In this document: positions 38,333 to 49,081 of the stretch, one piece after another
How the letters are laid out: each line of letters begins with the position of its first letter
Numbering within the stretch: position 1 is the stretch's first letter
IMG/VR virus record: IMGVR_UViG_3300028827_000129
Coordinates: 96,001 to 160,000 of that record
DNA length: 64,000 nucleotides
From: a virus
Strand: one strand, 5' to 3'
Made by a program: the position numbers and the translations under genes
Notes under the pieces: generated by a model
What the model was told of the DNA's origin: nothing
Database searches by the model: none
What the model saw: only the letters and a program-made list of their open reading frames with translations

Positions 38333-41119
38333 ATGGGCGTATATTCATGGGAACAGATTAAATTTTTTGAACGGCAAAGACCTACTGATGATACATTTAA
38401 TGGATGGAATGATGTTATAAAAGATGGGTTTGCAGCTATAGAAAGAGCTCTTGGTTCTATTAATGAAAATGGTGTAGTTACTGGCGGAGATTTAGTTTTT
38501 CTTAATCAATTTGCAAGCATTATAGGATCAATAGGCAATTTATCTTTAAAGTATCCTAAATATGGTGAACAGCCACAGACTATTAGTTCCTGGCCATTAG
38601 TAGAAGGGGCTCAGGTCCATATACTCCCGTTATTCCCAGAAATTAATACATTAGCAAATGTTTCTGGTGCTGCTTTAGGTATAAGGAAGAATAGCTTACA
38701 TGAACTTACTTCTGCTGGGGATTACTATATCTATGAAATGTCTTCAGAGATAGCCCCAGGAATTGGTTCTCGTGTTTTATATACATATCAACCTGCGCAG
38801 GCAGGTGATGCTATCTCATTCACTGGACATACTTTACAATATGCAGACAATTTGGCAATAGGCCATACTCTAGTACCACAACCAGCGCAAGTAACAGCTG
38901 GGGAAGCTGTTATTTTTTCAGCGGCTACGTTAACAAGTGCTGGTAATGGTTATATAGCTACTTTACCTAAAATCACACATGATTGGCTTGGGAATTTATT
39001 GCCATCTTACTTGCAATATTATCCTATTTTAGATCCGGACATTGTTTCACAGTGGGATGGTTCTGCGAGCATTGCTTTTCAACAAGATACTGTGCAGATG
39101 TGGGATGTTGGTACGTCTCCATATGACTTGTCAGATCCTTCTAATATAGCTGCCATTTCTCCAGATATTCAATTTTATTATGAAGGCACGGATGTAAATG
39201 GTGCCCCAAAGATTGGTATAGTAATTCCACAGAATGTTACATTTGACGACACAAAGGGTTACATTATAGCATTTTCAAATAATAGCACTAATAGGAATAT
39301 TGGGGACATTAGAGAAAAACTATTTAATCATAAGCATGACGGTAAGGATTATGGCAGTATAATTTCTCATACAGATTTAAAAGATAATGTTACTTCCGGC
39401 GATTATTTAGATGGTTCTGGGTCGCGGAAGTCGACTATTATTTATGGCCATTCAATAATCCCTAACCATGCTCATACAATGTATCTTGTAAGAGAGGGAT
39501 ATACGCCTAATGATCCTGGTACACATAACAATTCAATGATTGGGGATCTTGTTATAGCGTCAACCTCATTAAGTTCTAATTTTTTCCAAAATCTTTCTGC
39601 CAATTCCAATAAATTGATTTTTGGAGAATGGGCTACAGGGCCTGCCATCTATTTTGCTTTCCAGGGAGATGGAATTGGTATTGAACCATGGGCTACTGAT
39701 GGGTTTTTAAATATCACTAATAAAGATATGGCCATAAGTGGTGAGACTCCTAATTTACTGTTTAATAAGACAGGTCCACAGTCTCCACCAGCTGGCGATG
39801 GTCCCGTTGTTTGGCGTTTAGGATTTGAATCAGGTAGCCGTGATTTCCTTATCGAACCCGAGGACTTCAATACATATTTGCGAATAAGAGGCACCGATAA
39901 CTCTACAAAGGTTTCTATTGATACTTCTACTGGCAATATTGTTGTTAGCGGCTCTATTACACAACAAGATGCTGGAGGGATGAGTAGGTTTGCTGCTAAG
40001 AGTTTATTCTCTCCTATTCTTACCCAGGATCCTGCAGCGCCAGTTGATGTTGTAAATACGATAGACAAAGAAGGGTTAAGGGTAAGGAGATATGCATCTG
40101 ATATCCATTTAGATATTTATGGTAAACTTGAAGCTGACAAGTATTTCATCTCATTTAACGCATCTAACGCGTCGACATCTTCTGGTATGACGTTTTCTGT
40201 AAATGATTTTACAGCATTTAGAGTTGTTTTAAATGGTACTGGCTCTGAAGCCAATGTTGAGTTTCTAACAAGGGCAAAATTTTTAGACGACTTAACAACT
40301 CCATTCATACGTCATCCTGATTATGATCAAACTTATATTAAGTTTGATCAAGACACTAATGGTAACCGTGATATAGAAACTTATTCTCAGTTATATGGCC
40401 CAGGGATTAAACATAGTGGTTCTCGTATATATGTCGGCAGTAGCCAAGTTTTGCCATATATTTGGGATGAAAACTATGATACTTATCGTATCCTTGGCCC
40501 TGGGGCTGATAATGTACCTATTAATAACGGGGCTAGGAACGCGAATCTTAATGCTGATATGTTAGACGATTTACATTCTTATGATTTTGCTTGGTATGAA
40601 TGGAATATTAATAACGCTAAAGTGTCATATACGCAGTTTGATGAAAGTCAGTATTCATATGTCGGTAATCTGGTATTTTTAGTAACTGTAGACGCATATT
40701 CTAATATTATTAAAACCGAGTTAGGCAGTCTTTCTTGGAATGGCCCAGTTGATGGGTTTAATTTAGAGACTTCATCATCTGGTACGTGCACTGACGGCTT
40801 TAATTCAAATTATTCATGGAATTTTAGTGGAATACCCGTAGATACGGTGTCTATTTTAGTAAGGCAGGTTAGTTTTTCATATAAAACAACTACCAATGAG
40901 TACCATTCTTTAACTAATGTTAGAGTTACTACTGGTCCATTTTGGAATAATCTTAATAAAGGAACAGAACAATTTACTGATTATTTACTAGCAACAGGTC
41001 ATAGTAAGTTTTTATTGTATTTTGATAGTTATTTTGAACATTATAATTCTGGGTTAAATAATTTACCGTGGGCAGTAGAACTTCAATTCAAGGTTCTTAG
41101 GCATGGTAGGGCGATATAA
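38333..41119 (+). CDS. Putative tail fibre protein
   Basis: HKHDG and HAHTMYL His motifs and NLNADMLDDLH, typical of trimeric fibres. Confidence 0.55.
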   Translation: MGVYSWEQIKFFERQRPTDDTFNGWNDVIKDGFAAIERALGSINENGVVTGGDLVFLNQFASIIGSIGNLSLKYPKYGEQPQTISSWPLVEGAQVHILPLFPEINTLANVSGAALGIRKNSLHELTSAGDYYIYEMSSEIAPGIGSRVLYTYQPAQAGDAISFTGHTLQYADNLAIGHTLVPQPAQVTAGEAVIFSAATLTSAGNGYIATLPKITHDWLGNLLPSYLQYYPILDPDIVSQWDGSASIAFQQDTVQMWDVGTSPYDLSDPSNIAAISPDIQFYYEGTDVNGAPKIGIVIPQNVTFDDTKGYIIAFSNNSTNRNIGDIREKLFNHKHDGKDYGSIISHTDLKDNVTSGDYLDGSGSRKSTIIYGHSIIPNHAHTMYLVREGYTPNDPGTHNNSMIGDLVIASTSLSSNFFQNLSANSNKLIFGEWATGPAIYFAFQGDGIGIEPWATDGFLNITNKDMAISGETPNLLFNKTGPQSPPAGDGPVVWRLGFESGSRDFLIEPEDFNTYLRIRGTDNSTKVSIDTSTGNIVVSGSITQQDAGGMSRFAAKSLFSPILTQDPAAPVDVVNTIDKEGLRVRRYASDIHLDIYGKLEADKYFISFNASNASTSSGMTFSVNDFTAFRVVLNGTGSEANVEFLTRAKFLDDLTTPFIRHPDYDQTYIKFDQDTNGNRDIETYSQLYGPGIKHSGSRIYVGSSQVLPYIWDENYDTYRILGPGADNVPINNGARNANLNADMLDDLHSYDFAWYEWNINNAKVSYTQFDESQYSYVGNLVFLVTVDAYSNIIKTELGSLSWNGPVDGFNLETSSSGTCTDGFNSNYSWNFSGIPVDTVSILVRQVSFSYKTTTNEYHSLTNVRVTTGPFWNNLNKGTEQFTDYLLATGHSKFLLYFDSYFEHYNSGLNNLPWAVELQFKVLRHGRAI

Positions 41120-41149
41120 AAGGCTTTTATGCTGTAGTAGGTTTAAAGT

Positions 41150-43771
41150 ATGAAACAGCTATCTTTAACATGTACAGTAAACATTACGGGATGTCCAGTT
41201 GTTTTACATTATCATGCGAGATTTTTTATTTCGCCGCAGTATAATACTTTTGCTTTTAAGCAGGAAGTGGCTGATGAGATCCCATTATATTTTGTTAATA
41301 CACCTAAATTAACTGCTAAAGACAATCTCTATATAGATGACAGGTCTGCTGATATTCCGGCTAATTTAAATTATGCAAATAGCTTTACAACAACATTAAA
41401 AACATTTAATGTACAAAACAAAAGAGTATTAATTACTAATCAATTTAAAAACGGTAACGCATTATATTACTTTCATCAGTTGCCACCTGATGTAAGTGGT
41501 GTTTATATAGAAGATAGTAATGGAACCCCTGTTAATGTACAAGATTATAAAGTACATGGTGATAAATTATATAATAATTTATCTTTTACTAACAATATTA
41601 GATATTTTGTTGGGTATATTAAACAAGATGGGACGAAAGAGAAGAAGTTATTAAATAATTGGCCAGTTTTTGTCCCCCAAGTGCTATATGCACTTGGTTT
41701 TGGCGATCAATTTTTTGTTATTGGTGATACGCTTTCTAATGGAGAAGTAGAAATTAGAACAAGTACTCCGGCTGGTACTAGGCTGGAAGTAAAGTATTCA
41801 GATAGAACTGAAATATTTTTAGATAAAGTAATTGGCGGTTCGGATTCTGACTCATGGAAAGTCAGAGTTATGGATGGGGTCTTTGAGCACAATGGTGAAG
41901 TATATAGTATCCCAGAATATACTAAACAAGATTCGTTCTTTCCTATTGCCCCATTTGTTTATAGGACACATGTAAAAGTTGATATTTTGTCCGATACAAT
42001 GATAAAACTTCCTGAATCTTTTGTGATTGATTTGTCACAAGCATTAATTGTTACACTATATGTTTATAATAATAAGAATCAATTAAAATATATTATTACG
42101 CAAGATTCAAGTACAATTACAACTGATGCCGCCGTTTACGAAAAGACATTCTGGTCATATTCAGAATATGAAGGGATAATAGACATTAAATCTAGTACAG
42201 ATGAAACAGATATTTATTTCAGTCTTGACGATAATATATATGCATATTACTATACAATTGAAGATGGCTTTATTGTCTCAGATTTGGAATTTAATCCCAT
42301 TTTAAATAAGGCTATAAGGGATATTGAGTTTGTAGGTTTTGTCATTTTATCTGACGACTTTAGGGCTAGATTTTCTCCGACAATAGAAGCTTCTGTCCAG
42401 TATTTGTTTGTTAATTCATTTAATAAAATTATGGATTTTTCTCTTGGACTTGCTCAGCATAGTGGAAAAGATTGGCAATCTGGCCAGAATTATTTAAAAG
42501 ATTTATTAATTAGATATAATAATGAAGTATATATTTGTAATGTAGATCACTTATCAGATGTATCAAATGCACCTGGGGTTAGTTCTGAATGGACTGTTGT
42601 TAATTCTTTTAACCAATTTGTTGATAATTACTGCATACAGCCTTCTTATGCAGAAGTGAAGAATGAAAATCTTGGCTCTGGTGGGGTTGCTGGGCTGCAA
42701 ATTATATCGTTGTCTAATGTCCCTGCGAAGGAAAAGCCAGTGTTTTTTTCAAACACAGATATTTTTTATAAAGAAGTGGCCTATAATCCCAATAGAATTC
42801 TAGGCCAAGGTGAATATTCAATTGATTATAGCACAGGGAATATCTATACATATACTACAGCAGATAACGTTGACCTTGGCTCGGTTTCCTATTCATACAA
42901 AACGTCACAAAGTTTGAGTCATTTTTATGTAGGCTCTGTTTATGTAAATGCAAATGTTGATTATAAAAATTTAGATTTTATAGATGCCAGATCTATAGGC
43001 GGTTCTATTAAAGACGATGTAGCTAGATCGATAGTTGATAGTGGTTATTGTATTTTCGATAAAACTGGGTTTGCTGGGGATATATTACCTGGTAAATCAG
43101 GAATATTAATTGAGGTTCCAAGTAGAGTCTTTAAGCCACATGGCGGGCCTTTTGATGTAAGGGAACTCAATCATTTAATTAAAAAACATACCGCACTAGG
43201 CGTTTTAAGTTATGGCAAGATTTATGATATTGATTTAAATTTAACTGATGCATCTTTTGTTAAGGTTAATGACAATATGTATGCCATTTATTTAAGTTGG
43301 GTTCAACCAGTTTCTGCAGATTATACAATATCTTTTATTATTGATAACAATAGCTATACAAAAAATATACAGGGGCCATCTGACGGTTGCACTATTTTAG
43401 TTAGTTCACAGGGTATATATGACGACATAAATATGACTTTATTTGTGGATGGTTATAAAGATTATTCAGGGGCAATCAATTCATTGTCACTAAAACTTGA
43501 TAATAAAGTTTCTTATTCTTATGAATATTATTATGATCACCCATCTTATCCTGGGCTTTTTGTTGAAAGAACAATCATTGGTAGCAAATCTAGTTTTAAC
43601 GTTTTAGATGTTAAACAGGGCGATAAAGGATATAGAGTTAATGGATCTGCATATTATGTTGTAGAAGCACAGAATGACGGCCTTAGTGATGATGGCGGCC
43701 CTGCTTTAAGTTATCCATCTGTAATTACATCAGATGCTAAAATTCATTTTAGGGATTGGTCTCCGTTATGA
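41150..43771 (+). CDS. Baseplate-associated protein with CBM5/12-like insertion
   Basis: WQSGQNYLKDLLIRYNNEVYICNVDHLS...PGVSSEW and GEYSIDYSTGNIYTY. Confidence 0.55.
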   Translation: MKQLSLTCTVNITGCPVVLHYHARFFISPQYNTFAFKQEVADEIPLYFVNTPKLTAKDNLYIDDRSADIPANLNYANSFTTTLKTFNVQNKRVLITNQFKNGNALYYFHQLPPDVSGVYIEDSNGTPVNVQDYKVHGDKLYNNLSFTNNIRYFVGYIKQDGTKEKKLLNNWPVFVPQVLYALGFGDQFFVIGDTLSNGEVEIRTSTPAGTRLEVKYSDRTEIFLDKVIGGSDSDSWKVRVMDGVFEHNGEVYSIPEYTKQDSFFPIAPFVYRTHVKVDILSDTMIKLPESFVIDLSQALIVTLYVYNNKNQLKYIITQDSSTITTDAAVYEKTFWSYSEYEGIIDIKSSTDETDIYFSLDDNIYAYYYTIEDGFIVSDLEFNPILNKAIRDIEFVGFVILSDDFRARFSPTIEASVQYLFVNSFNKIMDFSLGLAQHSGKDWQSGQNYLKDLLIRYNNEVYICNVDHLSDVSNAPGVSSEWTVVNSFNQFVDNYCIQPSYAEVKNENLGSGGVAGLQIISLSNVPAKEKPVFFSNTDIFYKEVAYNPNRILGQGEYSIDYSTGNIYTYTTADNVDLGSVSYSYKTSQSLSHFYVGSVYVNANVDYKNLDFIDARSIGGSIKDDVARSIVDSGYCIFDKTGFAGDILPGKSGILIEVPSRVFKPHGGPFDVRELNHLIKKHTALGVLSYGKIYDIDLNLTDASFVKVNDNMYAIYLSWVQPVSADYTISFIIDNNSYTKNIQGPSDGCTILVSSQGIYDDINMTLFVDGYKDYSGAINSLSLKLDNKVSYSYEYYYDHPSYPGLFVERTIIGSKSSFNVLDVKQGDKGYRVNGSAYYVVEAQNDGLSDDGGPALSYPSVITSDAKIHFRDWSPL

Positions 43772-44235
43772 TTAGTTTATTTATTAGTGATCCTTCTACT
43801 TCAGATAAAAAGTTGCTTACTAATATATTTTTTGGAGAAATATCTCCAGTACAAGGAGGTAATATTTCTGTCGAGAAGGAGATTGAAATTGTTGCATTTG
43901 AACAAGATGCGCTGGGCGGCATTAAAGAAGCTAGAGAAATTAGATTTTATACAGATTATAGTAGGTTTATGAAAGTTTCTTATGGCGTTGAAGTCAACCA
44001 AGATTACAGAAATGGCTATGCTTCTTCGTGGCAACCTTTAGATCATTTTAGTGGTTCTTATAAAGATAATGCTATTTTGTTGAGTAGAGACAGTGGGGTT
44101 GATGGACAGTTATCATCCGATGGCGTTATGAAAGCAGGTGAAAAGGCTAGGATAAAATTCAGAGTAAAAATCCCAATTAGATCAGATATTAATAAAGTCT
44201 TAGAAGAGTTTAAGATCTACTTTATTTACGAGTAA
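43768..44235 (+). CDS. Hypothetical structural protein
   Basis: ATG 43768 overlaps the upstream TGA (ATGA). Confidence 0.55.
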   Translation: MISLFISDPSTSDKKLLTNIFFGEISPVQGGNISVEKEIEIVAFEQDALGGIKEAREIRFYTDYSRFMKVSYGVEVNQDYRNGYASSWQPLDHFSGSYKDNAILLSRDSGVDGQLSSDGVMKAGEKARIKFRVKIPIRSDINKVLEEFKIYFIYE

Positions 44236-44241
44236 GCTAAT

Positions 44242-45885
44242 ATGAATAAATATATAGAAACATGGTCAGACTCTTATAGTGCAGCACAAGCAGAGTGGAT
44301 TATTAGCCAGTACAAGGGTTCTAATATTAATAAAAGCGATATACTTGATTTATTAAATGCCCCTATATTGTCTAAGTCTTTATTAGACATGTATAATGTT
44401 TCTTCAAACGATGTGATGTTTTCATTTGATTATAATACCATCGTAAATGCATTTGCCCTTGATCTAAAGACTATTGTTGAAGGTTATGCTCAGCGTTTAG
44501 ATGATATAAAAAAGCATGAAAACATTAATAATGAAACGTTTATAGCAGAACTTAACGGCATTTTAGATGAATTAGAGCAGAAAGTAGAGATGCTAGAAAG
44601 TTCTGCTGGTTTTGACGGTAGTAATTATACGATCTCTAATAATTTTGACAACATTTCTGCTAGAGCTAGCAATAGTGAAGTCTTAGCAAAATCATTATAT
44701 CTAGATCACAGGAATAATAATAAATCTTTATTAGGAGCAGAGTGCACAATAGATACATCAAGAAAAGTTTTAACTTTGCCTTATAAAAACAGATATCTGC
44801 ATAGTGCTGATGCTGTTTTTGATGCCATTGAGCCAAAGCCAGATATTGGCACTAATAGTTATCAGTTGGGGAAATATAATGTAAAAGAATTTATATACAG
44901 TTATGAAAATTTAGATCATGCTACTATCGCTATAGATATTAACTTGAATCAGAGTGCTTTTATTAGCGCGATACGTATAGATACAATAGGCGGTAATAAG
45001 GTTGTTATTGAAAATGTAAAAGCTACTATTTTAGAGGATGGCAATGAAGTAGAACAAGATGTAACATTTGACATTAAGCAGCATAATGTTACTGGCGAGA
45101 TTTTTATATCTTTTGACCGTATAAAAGCAAGCTTTTTGAAGTTTAGGGTTAAATGCTATAACCCAATAAAGACAGAAATTGGCAGTAGTGTTGGTTATAT
45201 GTATAAGTTTGGAATAGGAGACATTGAACTACTTCATGATACTTATTATTTGGATGGATATTTTATATCGCAACCTATAGAAGTTAACAATGTTTCTTCT
45301 ATATCTTTAGATGTTTTAGGTGAAAGCTTTGGCGCTTATGGTTCTATAGAGTATCTAATATATAAGTACGATTTTAATATTGTTAATAACGAATTTATTG
45401 GTAGGTTTGTTTACCCTATTATCCCAATTGGACAGGAGAAAATTAACAATGAGCGATTATTGTTTACAGAGAAAGATACACAACTTTATAACACTATCGG
45501 CTATTTGCGGTTTTTTGGGCATTGCGGCATTAGCATATCAGATATATCTATATATCAAAATAGTTCTGCTTTAGTTACTTTGGATATATATAATGTTGTT
45601 AAGAATATTGATGAGGAGGGCCAGACAAAGATTTCATTCAGTAGCGTTATTCCAGGAGCGATATATACGGTTGATTATATTCCTGCTCATAAAGTCAAGG
45701 CAGATGGGCTGGTTAAAATAGATGATATAGCATCTTACCGTAATGATAATAATATTATATTCAAACAATACGATTATGGAGTTAAAAGCATAATATATTT
45801 AGGTATCGTGATGCGAACTTCAGATCAACATTTTACTCCTACACTTTCTAGGTACAACTTGAAGGTCAGTAGCTATGACAAGTAA
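44242..45885 (+). CDS. Virion protein, paralog 1 of a trio (coiled-coil plus beta-sandwich)
   Basis: Shares TIDT...LTLP, FGIGDIEL and the C-terminal TPTLSRYNLKV with the next two genes. Confidence 0.55.
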   Translation: MNKYIETWSDSYSAAQAEWIISQYKGSNINKSDILDLLNAPILSKSLLDMYNVSSNDVMFSFDYNTIVNAFALDLKTIVEGYAQRLDDIKKHENINNETFIAELNGILDELEQKVEMLESSAGFDGSNYTISNNFDNISARASNSEVLAKSLYLDHRNNNKSLLGAECTIDTSRKVLTLPYKNRYLHSADAVFDAIEPKPDIGTNSYQLGKYNVKEFIYSYENLDHATIAIDINLNQSAFISAIRIDTIGGNKVVIENVKATILEDGNEVEQDVTFDIKQHNVTGEIFISFDRIKASFLKFRVKCYNPIKTEIGSSVGYMYKFGIGDIELLHDTYYLDGYFISQPIEVNNVSSISLDVLGESFGAYGSIEYLIYKYDFNIVNNEFIGRFVYPIIPIGQEKINNERLLFTEKDTQLYNTIGYLRFFGHCGISISDISIYQNSSALVTLDIYNVVKNIDEEGQTKISFSSVIPGAIYTVDYIPAHKVKADGLVKIDDIASYRNDNNIIFKQYDYGVKSIIYLGIVMRTSDQHFTPTLSRYNLKVSSYDK

Positions 45886-48800
45886 TAAAATTTCTGATTT
45901 TTTTGACTCAATCCTAAGCAAATATAATTACGACACAGAATCGCAGTCTACTATCGACATTTTACGTAAAATGTCGGATGGAGGAGGTATTGTTGGCGCT
46001 TATGTACATAGCGTCGATGATACTTTTTTAAATTTACCAGAATACGTCGTTATGCCTTTGAAAAAGAGTACGGAAAGACTGGCCTTTGTCAAAGAGCTTT
46101 TAGATGCCTTGACTTTATATGAGATATCTAATTATAACTATTATTTGGCTGAGTTTAATAGGTTTAAAAATGAATTGCAAGATTTGAATGCTAAAATCAA
46201 ATCAGCAATATTGTACGCCAATACATATAGATTTTATGTTATAGCTAAAGATTTGTTAAATTCTACATCATTAATAGATTGGGCGATTACTACAACAAAT
46301 GTTGATACTTTAGGGCAGAGGGCTACTTTGCCGATCCAAGGTGACGAGAAGATAGATGTTGATTCGATTACTATTGGAGGCATTTCCAATGGATCGCCAG
46401 GGAGTAGTCTTATCACAAATGGTTATAAAGCAAATGACGTCCAGGCGTTAGTAGATAATACACCTGATACTTGGTTTGAATATGAAAGAATTTCTACTAA
46501 GCCTGTGGTAGATAGCCTGTATTTGGAGGTTTTAATAAAACTTAACGGGCCACAAATTATTAATTTCGTAGAAATTTTACCAAGCAATATCAGTATCTTT
46601 GGCAGTGTCGTTCTGAAAGAAGTCAGTGTTTCTTATGATGGCAATAAGTTTTATAATGTTTTGCCAGAAGAGAAGGCGGAAAGCGGCTACGAAATTACGA
46701 CATCACTTTATAATAATACTGGCGACTTTAGTTTTATATTTTTCCCATATAAGGCTAACTACATCAAATTAATATTTGAACAAACACACTCATATTTTGT
46801 AGAGCTTAATCCTAATGAATGGGTTTATCGTCAAGCCATAGGAATCCGCGATATTAACATAGCTGGGATACGCTACGAAAGCAAAGGAGTTTTTGCTTCA
46901 GTAGACCATAATTTCGATAATAAAGTTTCACAGTTGGCTGTTTTAGCTACAACTGACTTAACTGGTGGCAGTAAAGACGTTGTTAAGTTTAAACACTTTA
47001 TTTCGCCAACTTCTGGTAACGAGTATTATGAAGTGTCGCCGATAGATATGTCTTCTCAAGACATAAAGGAAGTGGTAAAATTTAATACTCTCGAAGACGA
47101 CTCTATTAAAACCATTAGTGATGTTACTAAGATTAAATATAAATTAGAAATGACGGTAGATCGTGAGGCTTTTTCAAATGCGTTAACTCCATTTAAGGCA
47201 TTTGAAAACACATATAATCAAGATGTGTTTTTTGCTACGATACCACCTAATAATATAGAGCTTTCTCATATTCCTTCTCCCGGAACAGTTGAAGTTTATA
47301 ATCCAAAATATGCAGCAGTTGGGAAAAGAGATGGTTTGTATTATTTAGGTACGTCAAATGGGAAAGCTAATCAAGTATTTGAGTATGATTTAGACATTGA
47401 ACCGCTAAGCGAAGAGGTGTATATAGATAATAAAAGATGGAGAAGAGGAAGATTTAAGGATGCTTCTCCGATAGCCAGAGTTTATTCTATTGATTATATT
47501 AATAAAAAAGTGTATTTTGGAGATGATAATAGTGGCGCTATCCCAGTGCAAGGTTCTGATATTTTTATCCGTCTTAAAGCAGAAAGGCCTATTGTTACAA
47601 ATCTAGATCCATTGAGAATAAAAACAAAATATAAAACAAATGGAGATAAATCTTCTGTAGAAATCAACCAACTATACAATACTGAGCAACATATCCAGCT
47701 TTTGCCTAAAAATAAACAGGTAATAAAACTTGAAAAAGATAAATTGCAGTTATATACAGAATATACTGGCATTTGGGAAATTAAATGGGAATGGAGTGTT
47801 TACGATGGGGACACCTTAGAATCTGAAAATACGACTAGGTATGTTTTAATTTCATCTAAATACTTTGAGGATCAGTTGCTGTGGATGCAAACCCCGACCA
47901 GTAATGGTACGTTGCGAGACGCAACTTCTATAACAGTAAAAGCTACGCCTATAGACTTCCAGACGGAGGTTGTGTTGACGCCACATAAATATAGTACTGG
48001 CGTTTATTATGTTTCTTTAAGAGAGGCTACAGGAGCTAAGGGTGTCGAGATAGGCGGAGAAGGCTCATATCATGCTATTAATGAGGTTCCATTTATAGAT
48101 GGGTTTTCGGAATTTAGTGTACCAGGAGATTTTTCTGTAGATTACAATAGCGGATATATGTACTTCAATTCCAATACGCCATCTGACAAAGATATTACAG
48201 CGACTTATTTTTATAAGGATGTGGCAAGATTAGCGGATAGTCAGTGGGATTATTATATGGGGAAGAAAGATGAAATACAGATTAAGCCGGGGGTTGCATT
48301 AGTAAGAAAATTAACGGAGAAATTAACAGAATCCAGTACAAATCAAAAAGTATTTATACTTGAAAATGAAGCGATTATAAGAGGTACAGCTAAACTTAAC
48401 TCTTCTGTTTTTAAATATGAAGTCGATTTTATAGATGGATCTACAGAATTTTTAAACAAAGTCCAGGTTAAAGATGTGGTCAATAATAGCGACGCAGGCA
48501 ATGTTAAATTAACTAATGATAATATCTATGCTTTTATTTTATCTAATAAAATTGATACAACTCAAAAATATTCGTTCTTTAATACTGGCAACACGTATAA
48601 TGTAGAAGTTAATAGCATTGACGATGTTATAAACGACAGCAATGGGACAGCGTTTTATGTTGCAGAAAATGATGCTGCCTTTGATAATAGAAGTGTTATA
48701 TATAGCAGCACTAGACCTTCAGACGAAGGTTATATCATGTATGTCACTTCCAGAAATATAGAAGATAATGCCTATTCGATAGATTACGATTTGGGGGTAT

Positions 48801-49081
48801 TGTATACTAATAGCAGTAATGTAGAAGCTAATTTACTTATTACTTACGAATACCTAGATTTAGAAATTAAATATTATGTAAGAAAAGACATAGATACAGA
48901 TTCGTGGAAACTTAGTAATAATAATTTAACTTTAAATATAAAAAGCGGCTTATATCCATCTAGTGGTGGTGTGGTGCGTGTATCATATGTTTTTGATAAC
49001 GAAAAGGAACAAAATATGAGCGAGTTGGTTGATTATTATACGCCTGCTCTTAAGGGGTATGAAATTAGGGTGGTATCATGA
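45875..49081 (+). CDS. Virion protein, paralog 2 of the trio (discoidin/F5-8-like domain, YSIDY repeats)
   Basis: ALVDNTPDTWF, VYFGDDNSGAIP and the C-terminal TPALKGYEIRV. Confidence 0.55.
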   Translation: MTSNKISDFFDSILSKYNYDTESQSTIDILRKMSDGGGIVGAYVHSVDDTFLNLPEYVVMPLKKSTERLAFVKELLDALTLYEISNYNYYLAEFNRFKNELQDLNAKIKSAILYANTYRFYVIAKDLLNSTSLIDWAITTTNVDTLGQRATLPIQGDEKIDVDSITIGGISNGSPGSSLITNGYKANDVQALVDNTPDTWFEYERISTKPVVDSLYLEVLIKLNGPQIINFVEILPSNISIFGSVVLKEVSVSYDGNKFYNVLPEEKAESGYEITTSLYNNTGDFSFIFFPYKANYIKLIFEQTHSYFVELNPNEWVYRQAIGIRDINIAGIRYESKGVFASVDHNFDNKVSQLAVLATTDLTGGSKDVVKFKHFISPTSGNEYYEVSPIDMSSQDIKEVVKFNTLEDDSIKTISDVTKIKYKLEMTVDREAFSNALTPFKAFENTYNQDVFFATIPPNNIELSHIPSPGTVEVYNPKYAAVGKRDGLYYLGTSNGKANQVFEYDLDIEPLSEEVYIDNKRWRRGRFKDASPIARVYSIDYINKKVYFGDDNSGAIPVQGSDIFIRLKAERPIVTNLDPLRIKTKYKTNGDKSSVEINQLYNTEQHIQLLPKNKQVIKLEKDKLQLYTEYTGIWEIKWEWSVYDGDTLESENTTRYVLISSKYFEDQLLWMQTPTSNGTLRDATSITVKATPIDFQTEVVLTPHKYSTGVYYVSLREATGAKGVEIGGEGSYHAINEVPFIDGFSEFSVPGDFSVDYNSGYMYFNSNTPSDKDITATYFYKDVARLADSQWDYYMGKKDEIQIKPGVALVRKLTEKLTESSTNQKVFILENEAIIRGTAKLNSSVFKYEVDFIDGSTEFLNKVQVKDVVNNSDAGNVKLTNDNIYAFILSNKIDTTQKYSFFNTGNTYNVEVNSIDDVINDSNGTAFYVAENDAAFDNRSVIYSSTRPSDEGYIMYVTSRNIEDNAYSIDYDLGVLYTNSSNVEANLLITYEYLDLEIKYYVRKDIDTDSWKLSNNNLTLNIKSGLYPSSGGVVRVSYVFDNEKEQNMSELVDYYTPALKGYEIRVVS

